NCBI GenBank assembly: GCA_007116075.1
Contig: SKJE01000054.1
Span: forward strand, 1-52,518
Length of the DNA stretch: 52,518 nucleotides
Direction of reading: 5' to 3'
Source: Spirochaetia bacterium
GTDB lineage: Bacteria; Spirochaetota; Spirochaetia; PWKH01
Shown here: positions 9,286-18,064 of the stretch, piece after piece
How positions within the stretch are numbered: the first letter of the stretch is position 1
Layout: each line of letters begins with the position of its first letter
The notes under the pieces: model-generated
Told to the model about the DNA's origin: nothing
Seen by the model: only the letters and a program-made list of their open reading frames with translations
Database searches by the model: none
Program-made: the position numbers and the translations under genes

Positions 9286-10464
9286 CTACTCTTTCACCAG
9301 CATCATGTCGATGGGATAGTCATACAGCGGTTCATACCCGTCGTCGGTCATATAGATTGATGCATCGATCTCAAACCCCACGTTTTCATACCAGATGCCC
9401 GGTATCAGGTGTATGGCCATGTTGGGAACCAGAATGGTCTTGTCCCCGGGACGGAAACTGATGGTGTGCTCACCCCAGTCCGGCGGATAATTCACACCGA
9501 TGGAGTACCCGAGGCGGGACTCCTTCACAATGGTGGAGTGGCTGATGGCTTCTCTCCATTTCGCCTCCACCTCCTCTGCGGTGACCCCCGGCCTGATCCA
9601 GTCCAGGGTTGCCTGAAGCCCCTCAGTGACGATATCTGCAGTCTCCTGCATAAGCTTAGGAGGGTTTTCACCAAGGAATATGGTTCGTGCAATGGGAGCA
9701 TGGTAGTGCTTGTAGACCCCGCTCAGCTCAAGGAGCACCGCCTCATCCTTTACAAAGGGTGTATCACTCCATGTCAGGTGGGGTGTTTTGGTGGCTTCTC
9801 CCGCCATAATCAGGGGAACAATGGCAGGGTAATCTCCTCCGTACTGTTCAGTTCCCGCATACTGGGCCTGTACAATCCGGGCAGCGGCATCGCATTCCCG
9901 TACTCCCGGCTTGATGCTGTTCTTCGCTGCATCCATAACCTTTACGGCAATCTGACCGGCCCGTTTCATCATCTCGATCTCCTGGTCGGATTTCACCACC
10001 CGGATCCAGTTCACCAGGGCATTTGCATCAACAAAACTGGCGTTGGGCAGGCTCTTCTCAAGCTCAACATAGGAGCGATGGGTGAAATAAAACTGGTCCA
10101 TCTCCACCCCGATGGTCTTACTCCCCCAGCGCCGTTCTTTGATGAGGCCCGCCACGAAGTGCATGGGATGCTTCACCAGTGACTGGACGTAATCATCGGC
10201 ATACTCAAAGATATGCTCATCATCAAGATAGCTGGTGATCCTGGCACCGTTGGCATCCATTCCCCGGCCGATCCAGAGCGGCTGTTCCTCTTCCAGGGAG
10301 ATCACAAGACACTGATGCACGTAGAAACTCCAACCGTCATACCCGGTCAGGTAATTCATATTCGCCGGATGGCTGATAATAAGCAGATCCATTCCCTTTT
10401 CCTGCATGGACTGCTTTGTTTTCTTAACCCGCTCCATATATTCCTGTTTTGTGAAGACTGACAT
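9286..10464 (-). CDS. M24 (creatinase/prolidase-fold) hydrolase, ectoine-hydrolase (DoeA/EutD)-like, paralog 1
   Basis: 392 aa, same architecture as 6101-7270. RBS GAAGGAGG. Placed between the EutA-like and EutB-like genes. Confidence 0.7.
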   Translation of the reverse strand: MSVFTKQEYMERVKKTKQSMQEKGMDLLIISHPANMNYLTGYDGWSFYVHQCLVISLEEEQPLWIGRGMDANGARITSYLDDEHIFEYADDYVQSLVKHPMHFVAGLIKERRWGSKTIGVEMDQFYFTHRSYVELEKSLPNASFVDANALVNWIRVVKSDQEIEMMKRAGQIAVKVMDAAKNSIKPGVRECDAAARIVQAQYAGTEQYGGDYPAIVPLIMAGEATKTPHLTWSDTPFVKDEAVLLELSGVYKHYHAPIARTIFLGENPPKLMQETADIVTEGLQATLDWIRPGVTAEEVEAKWREAISHSTIVKESRLGYSIGVNYPPDWGEHTISFRPGDKTILVPNMAIHLIPGIWYENVGFEIDASIYMTDDGYEPLYDYPIDMMLVKE

Positions 10465-10492
10465 GAAAAACCTCCTTCAATACTCACATATA

Positions 10493-11230
10493 CTACATAA
10501 ATCCGGAAAACCGGCGCTTAACCACCGCCGAATAAACAAAATCAATCATAGTCACAAAGTCAAACACCGGCAAGCCAACCGCCTCCTGAACTGCAGCTCC
10601 GTAGGGAGGAAGCAGGCTGCATTCCAGCAGGATTGCCCTGACCTCCGGATAATCCCTGGATAGATCCACAGCGCGCTGCACCACCGCAGCTTCCACAAGA
10701 TCCGTATCCAGTTCGCCCAGCTCTCTCACTACCGCATCAGTAAAATGATCATGATCCTCCAGGCCGCGAATCCGCAGGGCGGGAAGCAGCTCTTCCGGCA
10801 CACCGGCTCCGTGAAACAGCTCAGGGGTCAGTGAATGCTTATTGGCGGTAATCACACCGATCTCCCTATTTCTGCCGATGATCTGGCTGATAAAGGGGAT
10901 CTGCATTAAACTTGAAAGAAACACGGGAATTCCGGCATTCCGGGCTATCTGCTGCTGGTATATCGCCATAAAGCCGCAGTCTCCCGTCACTGCCCGAACT
11001 CCCTCCCGCTGGAGAGCGGCCACCGCTTCGGTAACCGCATCCAGGAGTTCCATATCATGGCGGAAAATCCGTTCCACCGTAAATCCTTCCACCCGCTGGA
11101 ACCTTACCGGATAGGAGTAGGTTGTGGCATTTGCCACGTCACCGGGTATGAAGGGGGCATAATTCTCCAATAGGACAATACCGATTGCCTCACCGTAGCT
11201 GACCTGTCCCACTTTCACCCGATACCGCAT
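10493..11230 (-). CDS. Asp/Glu/hydantoin racemase (arylmalonate decarboxylase) family protein, EutA-like
   Basis: 245 aa with two Cys-containing blocks (TGDCGFM and LLECSLLPPY) at the spacing typical of this fold. RBS AAGGGGGAG. Confidence 0.7.
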   Translation of the reverse strand: MRYRVKVGQVSYGEAIGIVLLENYAPFIPGDVANATTYSYPVRFQRVEGFTVERIFRHDMELLDAVTEAVAALQREGVRAVTGDCGFMAIYQQQIARNAGIPVFLSSLMQIPFISQIIGRNREIGVITANKHSLTPELFHGAGVPEELLPALRIRGLEDHDHFTDAVVRELGELDTDLVEAAVVQRAVDLSRDYPEVRAILLECSLLPPYGAAVQEAVGLPVFDFVTMIDFVYSAVVKRRFSGFM

Positions 11231-11251
11231 AACACTCCCCCTTAGTAGTTC

Positions 11252-12529
11252 CTACACATTTGATATGCTCGGCAGGAAGGTGGCAATCTGGGGAAACAAA
11301 ATGATCAGTATCGTCGAGAACACCAGCATCAGCACAAAGGGCGGTGTTTTCCTGATTACCTCCACATAGGGCCTGCGGAATATCAGCTGGGCAGTAAAAA
11401 TGTCGCACCCGAAGGGCGGCGTCGCAGAACCAATCGCCGACTGGAGCACTACCAGGGTACCCAGCAGGATCGGGTCGATGCCGGTACTCACTACGTAGGG
11501 CTGGAAAATCGGGCTGAGCACGTAGATCGCCACGATCGGGTCTACAAACATACAGGCCACAAAGTAGGCGATGACCACCACAATGATCAGCTGCAGCTGA
11601 GTTGGATCGGTCCCGATAATTATCGGCATGATCTGCTGGGGAATACGAAGGAAACTGATGACCCAGGAGAACACCTGCCCGGCACCGACCAGAATGAATA
11701 CCACACCGGTAACGATACCTGCATCGAGGATCGCCTTTACCAGTTTCTGGAAGGTCAGGGTTCGGTAGATAAACCCCTCCAGGATCAGTGCATAGGCAAC
11801 GCCTGCAGCTGCGGCTTCGGTCGGGCTGAAGATACCGCCGTAGATACCGCCGACAACAAGGATGGGAAAACCAAGGACCAGGAAGCCATCCTTGATGGCC
11901 TTCCAGCGAACAGCCCAGCTGGCCTTCTCGAGAATAGCAATTTTATTTATCTTGGAGTAGAAGAACACATAGGTTGAAAAGAGCAGGAAGATCAGGATAC
12001 CGGGGCCAATTCCTGCTAAGAACAGCTTACCGATTGATGTGCTGGTAACAACTCCATAGACGATAAAACCGATGCTTGGAGGGATCAGCAGTGCCACGTC
12101 ACTGGCATTAATAATTAACCCGAGGGTAAATGGACTTGAATAACCGGCCTTCAAGAGCATCGGCCGCATGGTTCCTCCGATGGCTGACACGGTTGCCTGG
12201 GTTGACCCGGACACCGCACCAAAAAGGGTGCAGCTTGCAGTAGTGGTGATAGCAAGTCCACCCGGGATATGGCCTACAAATACCCGGATCATATCTATGA
12301 GGCGAGTAGCAGCCTTTCCTGAGGTCATCAAGTTTGCCGCAAGAATGAACATCGGCACCGTAACCAGTGACGGAGGAACAAATCCGTTGATTATCTGCTG
12401 GATAACCACCTGCATATTGATCTGCGGCATGGCGATACCAAGAAAGAGCATCAGCGGGGCAAGCAGGGTCACCATGAAGGGAAATCCCAGCAGCAGCATC
12501 AGCACCATAGAAATCCACATAACATTCAT
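11252..12529 (-). CDS. TRAP transporter large permease (DctM type)
   Basis: 425-aa polytopic membrane protein, highly hydrophobic throughout, immediately downstream of a DctQ-size gene. RBS GAAGGAGAG. Confidence 0.9.
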   Translation of the reverse strand: MNVMWISMVLMLLLGFPFMVTLLAPLMLFLGIAMPQINMQVVIQQIINGFVPPSLVTVPMFILAANLMTSGKAATRLIDMIRVFVGHIPGGLAITTTASCTLFGAVSGSTQATVSAIGGTMRPMLLKAGYSSPFTLGLIINASDVALLIPPSIGFIVYGVVTSTSIGKLFLAGIGPGILIFLLFSTYVFFYSKINKIAILEKASWAVRWKAIKDGFLVLGFPILVVGGIYGGIFSPTEAAAAGVAYALILEGFIYRTLTFQKLVKAILDAGIVTGVVFILVGAGQVFSWVISFLRIPQQIMPIIIGTDPTQLQLIIVVVIAYFVACMFVDPIVAIYVLSPIFQPYVVSTGIDPILLGTLVVLQSAIGSATPPFGCDIFTAQLIFRRPYVEVIRKTPPFVLMLVFSTILIILFPQIATFLPSISNV

Positions 12530-12530
12530 A

Positions 12531-13172
12531 CTACTTGCTCTCCTTCATAGTGATTTGCTCCAGCATGCTCTCCGATTCCTTGGTGGCCTCCGCGATCATG
12601 CTTTCCTCATCCTCATATTCACTCTGCTGCTCAGGTGACTGCCAGATATCCTTTTCCCGGATGTTCTTGATAAACGTCCTTACATACTGGAACCCGGCCA
12701 TAAAAAACCCGATCGGGGCTGCTATGATAAAGTACCAGTAGGGCATCCTTAAAGAAGCCGTTGTGGTTCCCCGTACTCGTATATTCATCAGATACTGCAA
12801 TGAAATATAGGCAAGGTAAAACATCACTATAGCGCTCACCGCAGAAATCACAAACATCATTGCCTTTTCCAGCTTCGGGGGGAATGCCTCCAGAAGTGCT
12901 CCCATGCGAATATGACGAGCCTTTCTCGCTGCATAACTTGTCCCGATAAACGTGATGATCATGACAAAAAACTGCGCCAGCTCTTCAGCAAAATAAATAC
13001 TTCTGTAGATATTCCGAGCAGCTACATTTGCAATCAGCAGTACAGCCAGTGCCATCGTACTGATGGTAATTATTGAAACTTCAAAACGATCGACCACCAG
13101 AGAAAGTACTTTCCCGATCTTCCCAATTACGGTGATTTCTTCGCCTTTGGAATCGTTTTTTTGTTCGCTCAT
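12531..13172 (-). CDS. TRAP transporter small permease (DctQ type)
   Basis: About 213 aa with 4 predicted TM segments, sitting between DctP-type and DctM-type genes. Start set at ATG 13172 (MSEQKN...) because the longer track ORF would run through a GC-rich hairpin. The C-terminal acidic tail is unusual. Start is uncertain. Confidence 0.75.
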   Translation of the reverse strand: MSEQKNDSKGEEITVIGKIGKVLSLVVDRFEVSIITISTMALAVLLIANVAARNIYRSIYFAEELAQFFVMIITFIGTSYAARKARHIRMGALLEAFPPKLEKAMMFVISAVSAIVMFYLAYISLQYLMNIRVRGTTTASLRMPYWYFIIAAPIGFFMAGFQYVRTFIKNIREKDIWQSPEQQSEYEDEESMIAEATKESESMLEQITMKESK

Positions 13173-13205
13173 AGGTTTTTTTACCCTTATTTCGTGTATA
13201 GATTG

Positions 13206-13231
13206 TGCCCCGGGGGCGCACCCCCGGGGCA
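13206..13231 (-). other. GC-rich intercistronic stem-loop between the TRAP binding-protein and permease genes
   Basis: Perfect 11-bp stem TGCCCCGGGGG / CCCCCGGGGCA with a 4-nt loop and no U-tail. Located in the 87-nt gap after the SBP stop. Confidence 0.6.
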
Positions 13232-13259
13232 GTATCATCCGTCTAGAAATCTGTATGTA

Positions 13260-14324
13260 CTACATCCCTAATGCAGCCATTGCGTTTTCAATGTCCTGCT
13301 GCAGTGCTTCAAGCATCTGTTCTGAATCGGGTCCGCCGATCTGCGGGAATACAGGATATACGTTATTCACAATCTGCTCCCTAAGATGGGCTTGCTGCTC
13401 ATCGGTAAATTCAGAGAACTGAATTGACGGCCTGTTAGTCTCAATCTGTGCCCGCATGTCAGCATTCACATCCATGATCCATTCAGCTGAATCAACAATT
13501 GCCTGATCCCAGAACTCATGAATGAGGTCTCTGTATTCATCAGACAAACTCTCATAGAATGCCAGGTTTACAACAGGAATACCCAGGAAGGGCTCTGCCC
13601 AGAGCTGCACAAAGTAGTCGGTCACTTCATAGAATCCCATGGTGTAGTTGGCAAACATAGGCTGGCTCTGTGCATCAATCAGACCGGTCTGCAGTCCGCT
13701 GTAGATTTCACCATAAGCCAGTGGAGTGGGGTCTATGCCGTAGGCGCGGTAGTTTCTGCTCAGCATATCAGAGGGCATAATCCTGGTCTTCAGTCCAACT
13801 AGATCTGATGGTCCGCCAACGGGCGTCTTGGAGGTCAGCCACTGCCAGCCTTCGAAGTAGATACCCAGGGGTACCAGGTCATTCCGGCGGAACTTCTCAT
13901 CCATCATGGGAAAGAAATCACCGTTTCGCACAACATGCTCAAGTACCTCAGCAATATTTTCCTTCGGCCATACATAGTGCAGGGCAAGGGCATTTACCTG
14001 AGATACAAAGGAACTCAGCCAGCCGTAGTCGGTAAAGACAAATTCCATAACCCCGTACTGGACCAGCTCAACAATATCTCTGGTATCACCAACAGTTCCA
14101 TAGGGATACACAGTAATATCGAACATCCCATCTGTCTCTTCCCTCATGAAGTCGCCAAACTTCTCTGCCCACACGGTCATGAAGTCAGTGTCCGCTGCAC
14201 CTTCAGCAGAAGCTAACCGCACCTCAAGTTTCTGCGGTCCCTCTGTTTCCTGCGCTCCCTGGGCAAACATACCCATCGGAACCAGCAGCAGTACTGCTGC
14301 TGCAATAACTAATAATTTCTTCAT
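13260..14324 (-). CDS. TRAP transporter substrate-binding protein (DctP type)
   Basis: About 354 aa with an N-terminal signal peptide (MKKLLVIAAAVLLLVPMGMFAQG). Size and position are typical for DctP-family SBPs. Start at ATG 14324 with RBS AAGGGGGA. Confidence 0.85.
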   Translation of the reverse strand: MKKLLVIAAAVLLLVPMGMFAQGAQETEGPQKLEVRLASAEGAADTDFMTVWAEKFGDFMREETDGMFDITVYPYGTVGDTRDIVELVQYGVMEFVFTDYGWLSSFVSQVNALALHYVWPKENIAEVLEHVVRNGDFFPMMDEKFRRNDLVPLGIYFEGWQWLTSKTPVGGPSDLVGLKTRIMPSDMLSRNYRAYGIDPTPLAYGEIYSGLQTGLIDAQSQPMFANYTMGFYEVTDYFVQLWAEPFLGIPVVNLAFYESLSDEYRDLIHEFWDQAIVDSAEWIMDVNADMRAQIETNRPSIQFSEFTDEQQAHLREQIVNNVYPVFPQIGGPDSEQMLEALQQDIENAMAALGM

Positions 14325-14435
14325 ACTAAAATCCCCCTTAATAAATTTTGTATCTTTTTTTTCCATAGGTCAACCAAAGCTTCTTTTTTCTTTGCATCCA
14401 CCTCCTTTTCTCTCCGTTCACCCCATAGGTGAATC

Positions 14436-15617
14436 CTATGAGTATCTCTCAAAGTATCTCATGGCTCCGCGAACCAAAAGCTCCACCCCTGTCGTAAGCG
14501 TAGCCTCATCAATGGTAAACTTCGGGTTGTGGTGGGGATAGGTACTTCCCGCCTCCTCCCGAGCTGTACCGAGGAACACCAGTACCGACGGCACCTGATC
14601 ACAGAATGCTGAAAAGTCCTCACAGGCCATGGATGCATGTTCTGTAATGCAGGACTCTCCAAGCATCTCCTTGGCAACATCAAAGGCCATTGAAGTCATG
14701 GTCGGATGATTCACCACCGCATCATTTTCGTGCTGGATGTCAAAGGTGCATCCGCATCCATGAACAGTACATATGTCCGTGACAAGTTTCCTGAACCGCT
14801 CAGTGGGGTTATGCAGGTCCCCAGGACCGGCGGCATAAAGATACCGTATGGTCCCCTCCAGCACCACCTCATCGGGGATAATATTGTTCTTCGATCCCCC
14901 CTGGACCTTGCCGAACATAATTGCCGTAGCGTTCATCGGTGAGATGAGCCTCGTCTGGATCTGCTGTACCTGCTGTATCACGTTTGCAGCGGCAATAACC
15001 GGATCAACCGCACTCTCAGGATACCCCGTATGCCCTCCCCTGCCGGATATGGTGACAGAGAAGACATCCATGGAGGCGGTTACCGGTCCGGCCTTGATCC
15101 CGACCTTCCCGCTCTCGATGGGCGACCAGATATGCAGTGCCAGGGAAGCATCAACATGGGGATCTTCCAGCACCCCCTCATCTATCATCAGCTGGGCACC
15201 GGCTATCTCCTCATTGGGCTGGAAGACAAACTTGATCCTGCCTTCCAGTTCATCGGCCATCTCAGTAAGTATTTTTGCTGCAATAAGCATCATCGCCATA
15301 TGGGCATCATGGCCGCAGGCATGCATCACGCCGGGATGCATTGAGGCAAAGGCAAAGGAGTTCTCCTCCTGGATCGGCAGGGCATCCATATCGGCACGCA
15401 GCAGAAGGACTGCTCCGTCCTTTCGGCGACCGTCAAGCATGGCTGCGACACCTGTACCGGCGATGCGTTCAGTTTCCAAGCCGAGGGACTGCAGGTATGT
15501 CTCAACCTTTTCAGCTGTCCTGAATTCCCGGAACCCCAGTTCCGGATACGCATGAAAATCTCTTCTCAGTGCAATCAGTTCTTCCCTGTATGTCTCTACG
15601 GCCCTGCGTATTTCCAT
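14436..15617 (-). CDS. M20D-family amidohydrolase (N-acyl-amino acid amidohydrolase / hippurate hydrolase-like)
   Basis: 393 aa with blocks FHAYPELGF, LRADMDALP, HACGHDAHMAM and a C-terminal HHNPKF. Confidence 0.85.
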   Translation of the reverse strand: MEIRRAVETYREELIALRRDFHAYPELGFREFRTAEKVETYLQSLGLETERIAGTGVAAMLDGRRKDGAVLLLRADMDALPIQEENSFAFASMHPGVMHACGHDAHMAMMLIAAKILTEMADELEGRIKFVFQPNEEIAGAQLMIDEGVLEDPHVDASLALHIWSPIESGKVGIKAGPVTASMDVFSVTISGRGGHTGYPESAVDPVIAAANVIQQVQQIQTRLISPMNATAIMFGKVQGGSKNNIIPDEVVLEGTIRYLYAAGPGDLHNPTERFRKLVTDICTVHGCGCTFDIQHENDAVVNHPTMTSMAFDVAKEMLGESCITEHASMACEDFSAFCDQVPSVLVFLGTAREEAGSTYPHHNPKFTIDEATLTTGVELLVRGAMRYFERYS

Positions 15618-15622
15618 GATAC

Positions 15623-16639
15623 CTACACCAAATTCCTCTTTATTAACGTTTCGGCGATCTGCACTGCATTGAGGGCAGCCCCCTTGCGGACGTTATTTGA
15701 AACGCACCAGAGGTTGATGCCCGTCTCAATGGTGAGATCCTCCCGGATCCGGCCGACCATCGTAAGATCTTCATCATTGCTCATAAAAGGCGTAGGATAC
15801 TCTTCTTGAGCTGGATTATCGATCACCTTGATCCCTTCAGCCCGGGAAAGCATATCCCTCACCTCGTCTGCTGAGATTTTTTTCTCAGTCTCGATATTGA
15901 TAGACTCGGAGTGACCGTACCAGACTGGAATCCTGACACAGGTAGCAGATACCTCGATATCCGGGGAGAGCATTTTCTTGGTCTCGTTGACCATTTTATA
16001 CTCCTCCTTGGTATATCCAGCTTCCTCGAACACATCAATATGGGGAATAGCGTTAAATGCGATCTGCTGGTTGTAGACCCGGGGAGCAGATACCTTTCCG
16101 TCCCGAAGCATTTCCCTCGCCTCTTCATCGAGCCCCAAAATGCCTTTCTGACCGGAACCGGACACTGCCTGGTATGTGGATACCACCACCCGCTTAATCT
16201 TAGCCGCATCATGGATCGGCTTGAGCGCCACCAGCATCTGGGTGGTAGAGCAGTTGGGATTGGCAATAATTCCCTTGTGCCAGTCAAGATCCTGGGGATT
16301 TACCTCGGGAACCACCAGCGGACAGTCCGGGTCCATACGCCAATGTGAACTGTTATCCACCACAATGGCTCCCTCCTCTACGGCAACGGGGGCCAGCACC
16401 TTGCTGGCATCCCCGCCTGCGGAGAAGATCGCAATATCGACTCCTGTAAAGGCTCCCTTCTTTGCCTCCTGCACTTCCCACTCTTTTCTCTGGAACGTGA
16501 CTTGCTTGCCGACCTGGGATGCTACATCCAAGGGCACCAAGGTGCCAACGGGAAATGACCGGCGCTCCAGGGTAGATATCATTTCTGTACCGACAACCCC
16601 AAGCGCACCAACCACTGCAACAGTATACGTCTTAGCCAT
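15623..16639 (-). CDS. asd: aspartate-semialdehyde dehydrogenase (phosphorylating)
   Basis: N-terminal VAVVGALGVVG Rossmann motif and active-site block IIANPNCSTTQM. ATG at 16639 is preceded by AGGGGGAAG. The track start at 16645 is GTG. Confidence 0.9.
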   Translation of the reverse strand: MAKTYTVAVVGALGVVGTEMISTLERRSFPVGTLVPLDVASQVGKQVTFQRKEWEVQEAKKGAFTGVDIAIFSAGGDASKVLAPVAVEEGAIVVDNSSHWRMDPDCPLVVPEVNPQDLDWHKGIIANPNCSTTQMLVALKPIHDAAKIKRVVVSTYQAVSGSGQKGILGLDEEAREMLRDGKVSAPRVYNQQIAFNAIPHIDVFEEAGYTKEEYKMVNETKKMLSPDIEVSATCVRIPVWYGHSESINIETEKKISADEVRDMLSRAEGIKVIDNPAQEEYPTPFMSNDEDLTMVGRIREDLTIETGINLWCVSNNVRKGAALNAVQIAETLIKRNLV

Positions 16640-16651
16640 CTTCACTTCCCC

Positions 16652-18034
16652 CTAAGCAAGCTTTCCGTCTTCCAGGTCCTTTATCACTCCTGCAAGAATA
16701 TCAATACCCTTCATCAACAGCTCTTCGGTGATGACTAATGGCGGAAGCATTCTTGCCACGTTATTGTGGTGTCCGCCGACCTCAATCATGACTCCCCGCT
16801 GGTGTGCATATTTCCGGACCTTCTTGGCCAGATCTGCAGAGGGTTTCTTTGTCTTCTTGTCCTCCACCATTTCAAGGCCCATCATGAGTCCGATGCCCCT
16901 GGCTTCACCAAGGATCTTTGAGGATTTCTCAAGTTCCTTCAGCTTTACCATGGCCTTCTTCCCCAGTTCAGCTGCCCGCTCGGGCACCTTGTTGTCAACC
17001 ATCCAGTTGATCGCTGTAGATCCGGCAGCAAATGCCACCATATTGCCCCGGAAGGTTCCGATGGTTTTTCCCGGCGGCCATGTGTTCAGTTCCTCCCGAT
17101 ATGCAATAGCAGAGATGGGAAATCCGATTCCTCCGAGGGCCTTGCTCATGGTGACAATATCGGGAACGATGCCGGCATGTTCAAAGGCAAACATCTTACC
17201 GGTCCTGCCGAGGCCTGCCTGGATTTCATCACAGATCATCAGCACACCGTGCTTCTCGGTAATTTCACGAACTCTCTGGAGAAACCGCGGTGAAGGAATA
17301 ATTGTTCCGCCCTCACCCTGGACCGACTCCAGAATGACTGCCGCAGGTTTTGAGAATCCTGAGTGGGAGTCCTCAAGGATTCGTTCAAGATAGTCCGCTG
17401 CCTGGTCTCCTACCTGCTCATCGGGACACCCGAAGGGGTTTCGGTAGGTATAGGGAAAGGGGATAAACTGGATGCCCGGCACCAGGGGTCCAAGTCCGTC
17501 CCGGTGACTGCTGTCGGTGGTCAGGGCAAGAGCCGCCCCGGTCATACCGTGATATGCTCCTTCAAAAGCTATAATGCCGAAGCGCTGGGTATTGAACTTC
17601 GCCAGCTTCAGGGCCTGTTCTACAGCGTCTGAACCGGTAGGACCGCCGAAAAAAATCCGGCTGAGCTCCTTGGGAAGCACGCTCCTGAGGGTTTTCACCA
17701 TCCGCTGCCTGGTCTCTGTCGGTATATCCAGCGAGTGGGTCACCTTGTCTATCTGCTCATGGGATGCCTTCAGCACATCAGGATGTCCATGACCGACAGC
17801 CATGACACCGGCTCCCGCAAAGAAATCTATATAGACATTCCCATCCACATCCTCCAGGGTTGCTCCCTTGCCCCGGGCGATAGCCATAGGCATGCCGCGG
17901 GAATAGGAAACCACTGAACTTTCGGTTTCGGCCTGGTACTTCAGGATTTCCTGAGACTTCGGTCCCGGCGGTACAGTCTTGATAATCGGTGCACCTGGGA
18001 TTGACAGTTCTTCAAACATCTTCTCTCTGTCCAT
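16652..18034 (-). CDS. class-III PLP aminotransferase (diaminobutyrate/4-aminobutyrate--2-oxoglutarate transaminase-like, DoeD/EctB-like)
   Basis: 460 aa with CDEIQAGLGRTGKMFAFEHAGIVPDIVTMSKALGG (PLP lysine) and GGPTGSDAVE blocks. RBS TAAGGAGAG. Confidence 0.85.
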   Translation of the reverse strand: MDREKMFEELSIPGAPIIKTVPPGPKSQEILKYQAETESSVVSYSRGMPMAIARGKGATLEDVDGNVYIDFFAGAGVMAVGHGHPDVLKASHEQIDKVTHSLDIPTETRQRMVKTLRSVLPKELSRIFFGGPTGSDAVEQALKLAKFNTQRFGIIAFEGAYHGMTGAALALTTDSSHRDGLGPLVPGIQFIPFPYTYRNPFGCPDEQVGDQAADYLERILEDSHSGFSKPAAVILESVQGEGGTIIPSPRFLQRVREITEKHGVLMICDEIQAGLGRTGKMFAFEHAGIVPDIVTMSKALGGIGFPISAIAYREELNTWPPGKTIGTFRGNMVAFAAGSTAINWMVDNKVPERAAELGKKAMVKLKELEKSSKILGEARGIGLMMGLEMVEDKKTKKPSADLAKKVRKYAHQRGVMIEVGGHHNNVARMLPPLVITEELLMKGIDILAGVIKDLEDGKLA

Positions 18035-18064
18035 TTCACACTCTCCTTATATATCTCATTATCC

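Noticed and set aside
13173-13238. N-terminal extensions offered by the ORF track: 13173-13238 for DctQ, 4644-4712 for the 2-hydroxyacid dehydrogenase, 30805-30882 for the exported protein, 33269-33304 for the HD protein, 34155-34220 for ArgR, 34698-34751 for Pgi, 37909-37935 for Pfk
   Set aside because: The internal ATGs have good Shine-Dalgarno sequences at proper spacing. Several of the extended starts are non-ATG codons, run through hairpins or terminators, or add residues not seen in the families.
4750-18034. Interpretation of ask + asd + class-III aminotransferase as an ectoine biosynthesis (ask_ect/ectB) locus
   Set aside because: No EctA-type acetyltransferase or EctC-type cupin ORF is present. 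The genes are interleaved with a TRAP importer (uptake only), three amide hydrolases and an eutABC-like trio, which fits catabolism better. It is not fully excluded.
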